A DNA stretch of 40,347 nucleotides, filler included, from Mycoplasmatota bacterium (GTDB lineage Bacteria; Bacillota_I; Bacilli_A; RF39; UBA660), in assembly GCA_012727915.1 (NCBI GenBank). It is 4 parts of 4 records of this genome, joined end to end, with 100 filler letters (N's around TTAATTAATTAA, not from the genome) between each part and the next. Parts side by side here need not be neighbours in the genome. Positions count along the whole stretch, not along the records: positions 20,960 to 40,347 come from JAAYGD010000020.1; 3 more parts are not named here. One strand, given 5' to 3'. Positions 37,628 to 40,347 of this stretch are shown piece after piece. The translations under genes and the position numbers were made by a program. Under the pieces are notes generated by a model that saw only the letters and a program-made list of their open reading frames with translations, was not told where the DNA came from and searched no databases. How positions within the stretch are numbered: the first letter of the stretch is position 1; the number at the start of each line of letters is the position of its first letter.

Positions 37628-37653
37628 ATGTTATACTATTTAAGGAGTTTATT

Positions 37654-38667
37654 ATGAAATTAGATGATTTTAATTATGAGTTAGATGAAAGTTTTATTGC
37701 GCAATCTCCATTAATAAATAGAGATGAATCTAAATTATTAGTGCTTAATAAAGATGATGGTTCAATTGAACATAAAACTTTTAAAAATATTATTGATTAT
37801 CTTAATAAAGATGATATTTTAGTCTTAAATGATACTAAGGTATTACCTGCAAGATTGATTGGAGAAAAAGAAAATACAAAGGCTATAATAGAAATATTAT
37901 TATTAAAAAATATTGAAAATGATATTTGGGAATGTTTAGTTAAACCAGCTAAGAGAATAAAAGTTGGAACTATAGTTAATTTTTCAAACTTGTTAAAAGC
38001 TAAATGTATAGAAATTCAAGATGAAGGTATAAGAATATTTGAATTAATTTATGAAGGTATTTTTTATGAAATATTAGATAAATTGGGAACAATGCCTCTT
38101 CCTCCATATATTCATAAAAAATTAGAAGACAAAGATAGATATCAAACTATATACGCAAAAAATATTGGAAGTTCTGCTGCTCCTACAGCGGGGTTACATT
38201 TTACTGATGATTTAATAAAGAAAATTAAAGCAAAAGGAATAATTATATGTTTTATAACATTACACGTTGGAATTGGAACATTTAGACCTGTTTCTGTAGA
38301 CAATATTGAAAATCATAAAATGCATAGTGAGTTTTATTCATTAGACAAAGATACTGCTAATATTTTAAATAATAAAAAGGGTAGAATAATTAGTGTTGGA
38401 ACAACAACAACTAGAACTTTAGAAACAATATTAAAAAATAATAATAAATTTATAGAGTGTTCTGGATGGACAGACATATTTATTTATCCGGGTTATAAGT
38501 TTAAAGCAATAGATGCATTAATAACTAACTTTCATTTACCTAAATCTACTTTATTAATGCTAGTTTCTGCTTTTTCATCTAAAGATTTTATATTAGAAGC
38601 CTATGAAGAAGCCAAAAGGAATAAGTATAGATTTTTTTCTTTTGGGGATGCAATGTTTATAAAATAG
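37654..38667 (+). CDS. queA: S-adenosylmethionine:tRNA ribosyltransferase-isomerase
   Basis: [52 protein letters not shown]. Confidence 0.98.
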   Translation: MKLDDFNYELDESFIAQSPLINRDESKLLVLNKDDGSIEHKTFKNIIDYLNKDDILVLNDTKVLPARLIGEKENTKAIIEILLLKNIENDIWECLVKPAKRIKVGTIVNFSNLLKAKCIEIQDEGIRIFELIYEGIFYEILDKLGTMPLPPYIHKKLEDKDRYQTIYAKNIGSSAAPTAGLHFTDDLIKKIKAKGIIICFITLHVGIGTFRPVSVDNIENHKMHSEFYSLDKDTANILNNKKGRIISVGTTTTRTLETILKNNNKFIECSGWTDIFIYPGYKFKAIDALITNFHLPKSTLLMLVSAFSSKDFILEAYEEAKRNKYRFFSFGDAMFIK

Positions 38668-39801
<1,134 letters not shown>

Positions 39802-39802
39802 T

Positions 39803-40255
39803 ATGAAATGTCCAAAATGTGGTCAAGAAATAATAGATAATAAAATATTTTGTCCTAATTGTGGTAAACAGTTAAATAAAGAAACTAGTTTAGGCTTATC
39901 GCCTATGAAAATGTTCTTAATTTTTGTAGTTATAATGTTACTTTTAGGAGTTGGAACAATATATTATATTGCTAATATAGGTTTGAATAAAGAATTAGAA
40001 AAAATAATATCAGAACCAACTATAGATACAAAAAAAGAAATAAAAGATTTTTATGGTAGTTATATAATAAAGGATGTAATTGCTACTGATAATTCTTTAG
40101 AGAATATAAATGATTTAAAGAATAGCATAATAGGATTTGAAATTGAAATTTCTAAAGATAAATTTAAAGCGGGATTATATAAAATTGCGTGGGTTAAAAT
40201 TGATAAGCCAACTTTAGATGTTTTAAATAATTTTTTAATTAGAAAAAATAATTAA
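39803..40255 (+). CDS. Zinc-ribbon membrane protein
   Basis: MKCPKCG...FCPNCG then one TM helix; likely start ATG 39803. Confidence 0.82.
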   Translation: MKCPKCGQEIIDNKIFCPNCGKQLNKETSLGLSPMKMFLIFVVIMLLLGVGTIYYIANIGLNKELEKIISEPTIDTKKEIKDFYGSYIIKDVIATDNSLENINDLKNSIIGFEIEISKDKFKAGLYKIAWVKIDKPTLDVLNNFLIRKNN

Positions 40256-40347
40256 TAGGAGTTAGGGGCTTGGCGCTCGCTTTTGTAAGCATTTGTTTTC
40301 TTTTCAGCTCACTATTAGCCTTTAATAAGCCTAGGGCTGCATTGCTC

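Noticed and set aside
40256..40347. 3' end of RNase P RNA or another ncRNA on the minus strand
   Set aside because: Only a vague resemblance (acaaatgcttaca); conserved P4 sequence is not matched

Overview
Very AT-rich, code-11 bacterial sequence (TGA is used as stop in essC and valS), made of four contigs joined by artificial 100-nt N44-TTAATTAATTAA-N44 linkers (8537-8636, 10175-10274, 20860-20959), so adjacency across the linkers means nothing. Gene content and style suggest a reduced-genome Bacilli MAG such as RF39/Mollicutes-related lineages (inference). Contig 1: tRNA-Thr(GGU), a lipoprotein, an NDT-like protein, Cys-free rpmB, dnaE and two M23 peptidases. Contig 2: partial cdsA and a hypothetical gene. 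Contig 3: a compact type VII secretion locus with two tandem WXG100-P/T-linker-alpha/beta-hydrolase paralogues lacking adjacent immunity genes, essC, esaB, two non-canonical WXG100-like proteins and a large membrane protein with an internal helical repeat. Contig 4: a C39 peptidase ABC transporter followed by two double-glycine peptides missed by the ORF track, a PilB/GspE ATPase, three pilin-like genes (two carrying glycine-rich plus discoidin-like cargo), a Val T-box controlling HD-valS-(HD+ART-like fusion), ruvAB, a deoxyribonucleotidase, a long two-domain ThyX, queA and tgt. Best candidates for new biology are the T7SS hydrolase-effector locus, the peptide pair/PCAT next to the pilus genes, the adhesin-loaded pilins and the HD-ART fusion.
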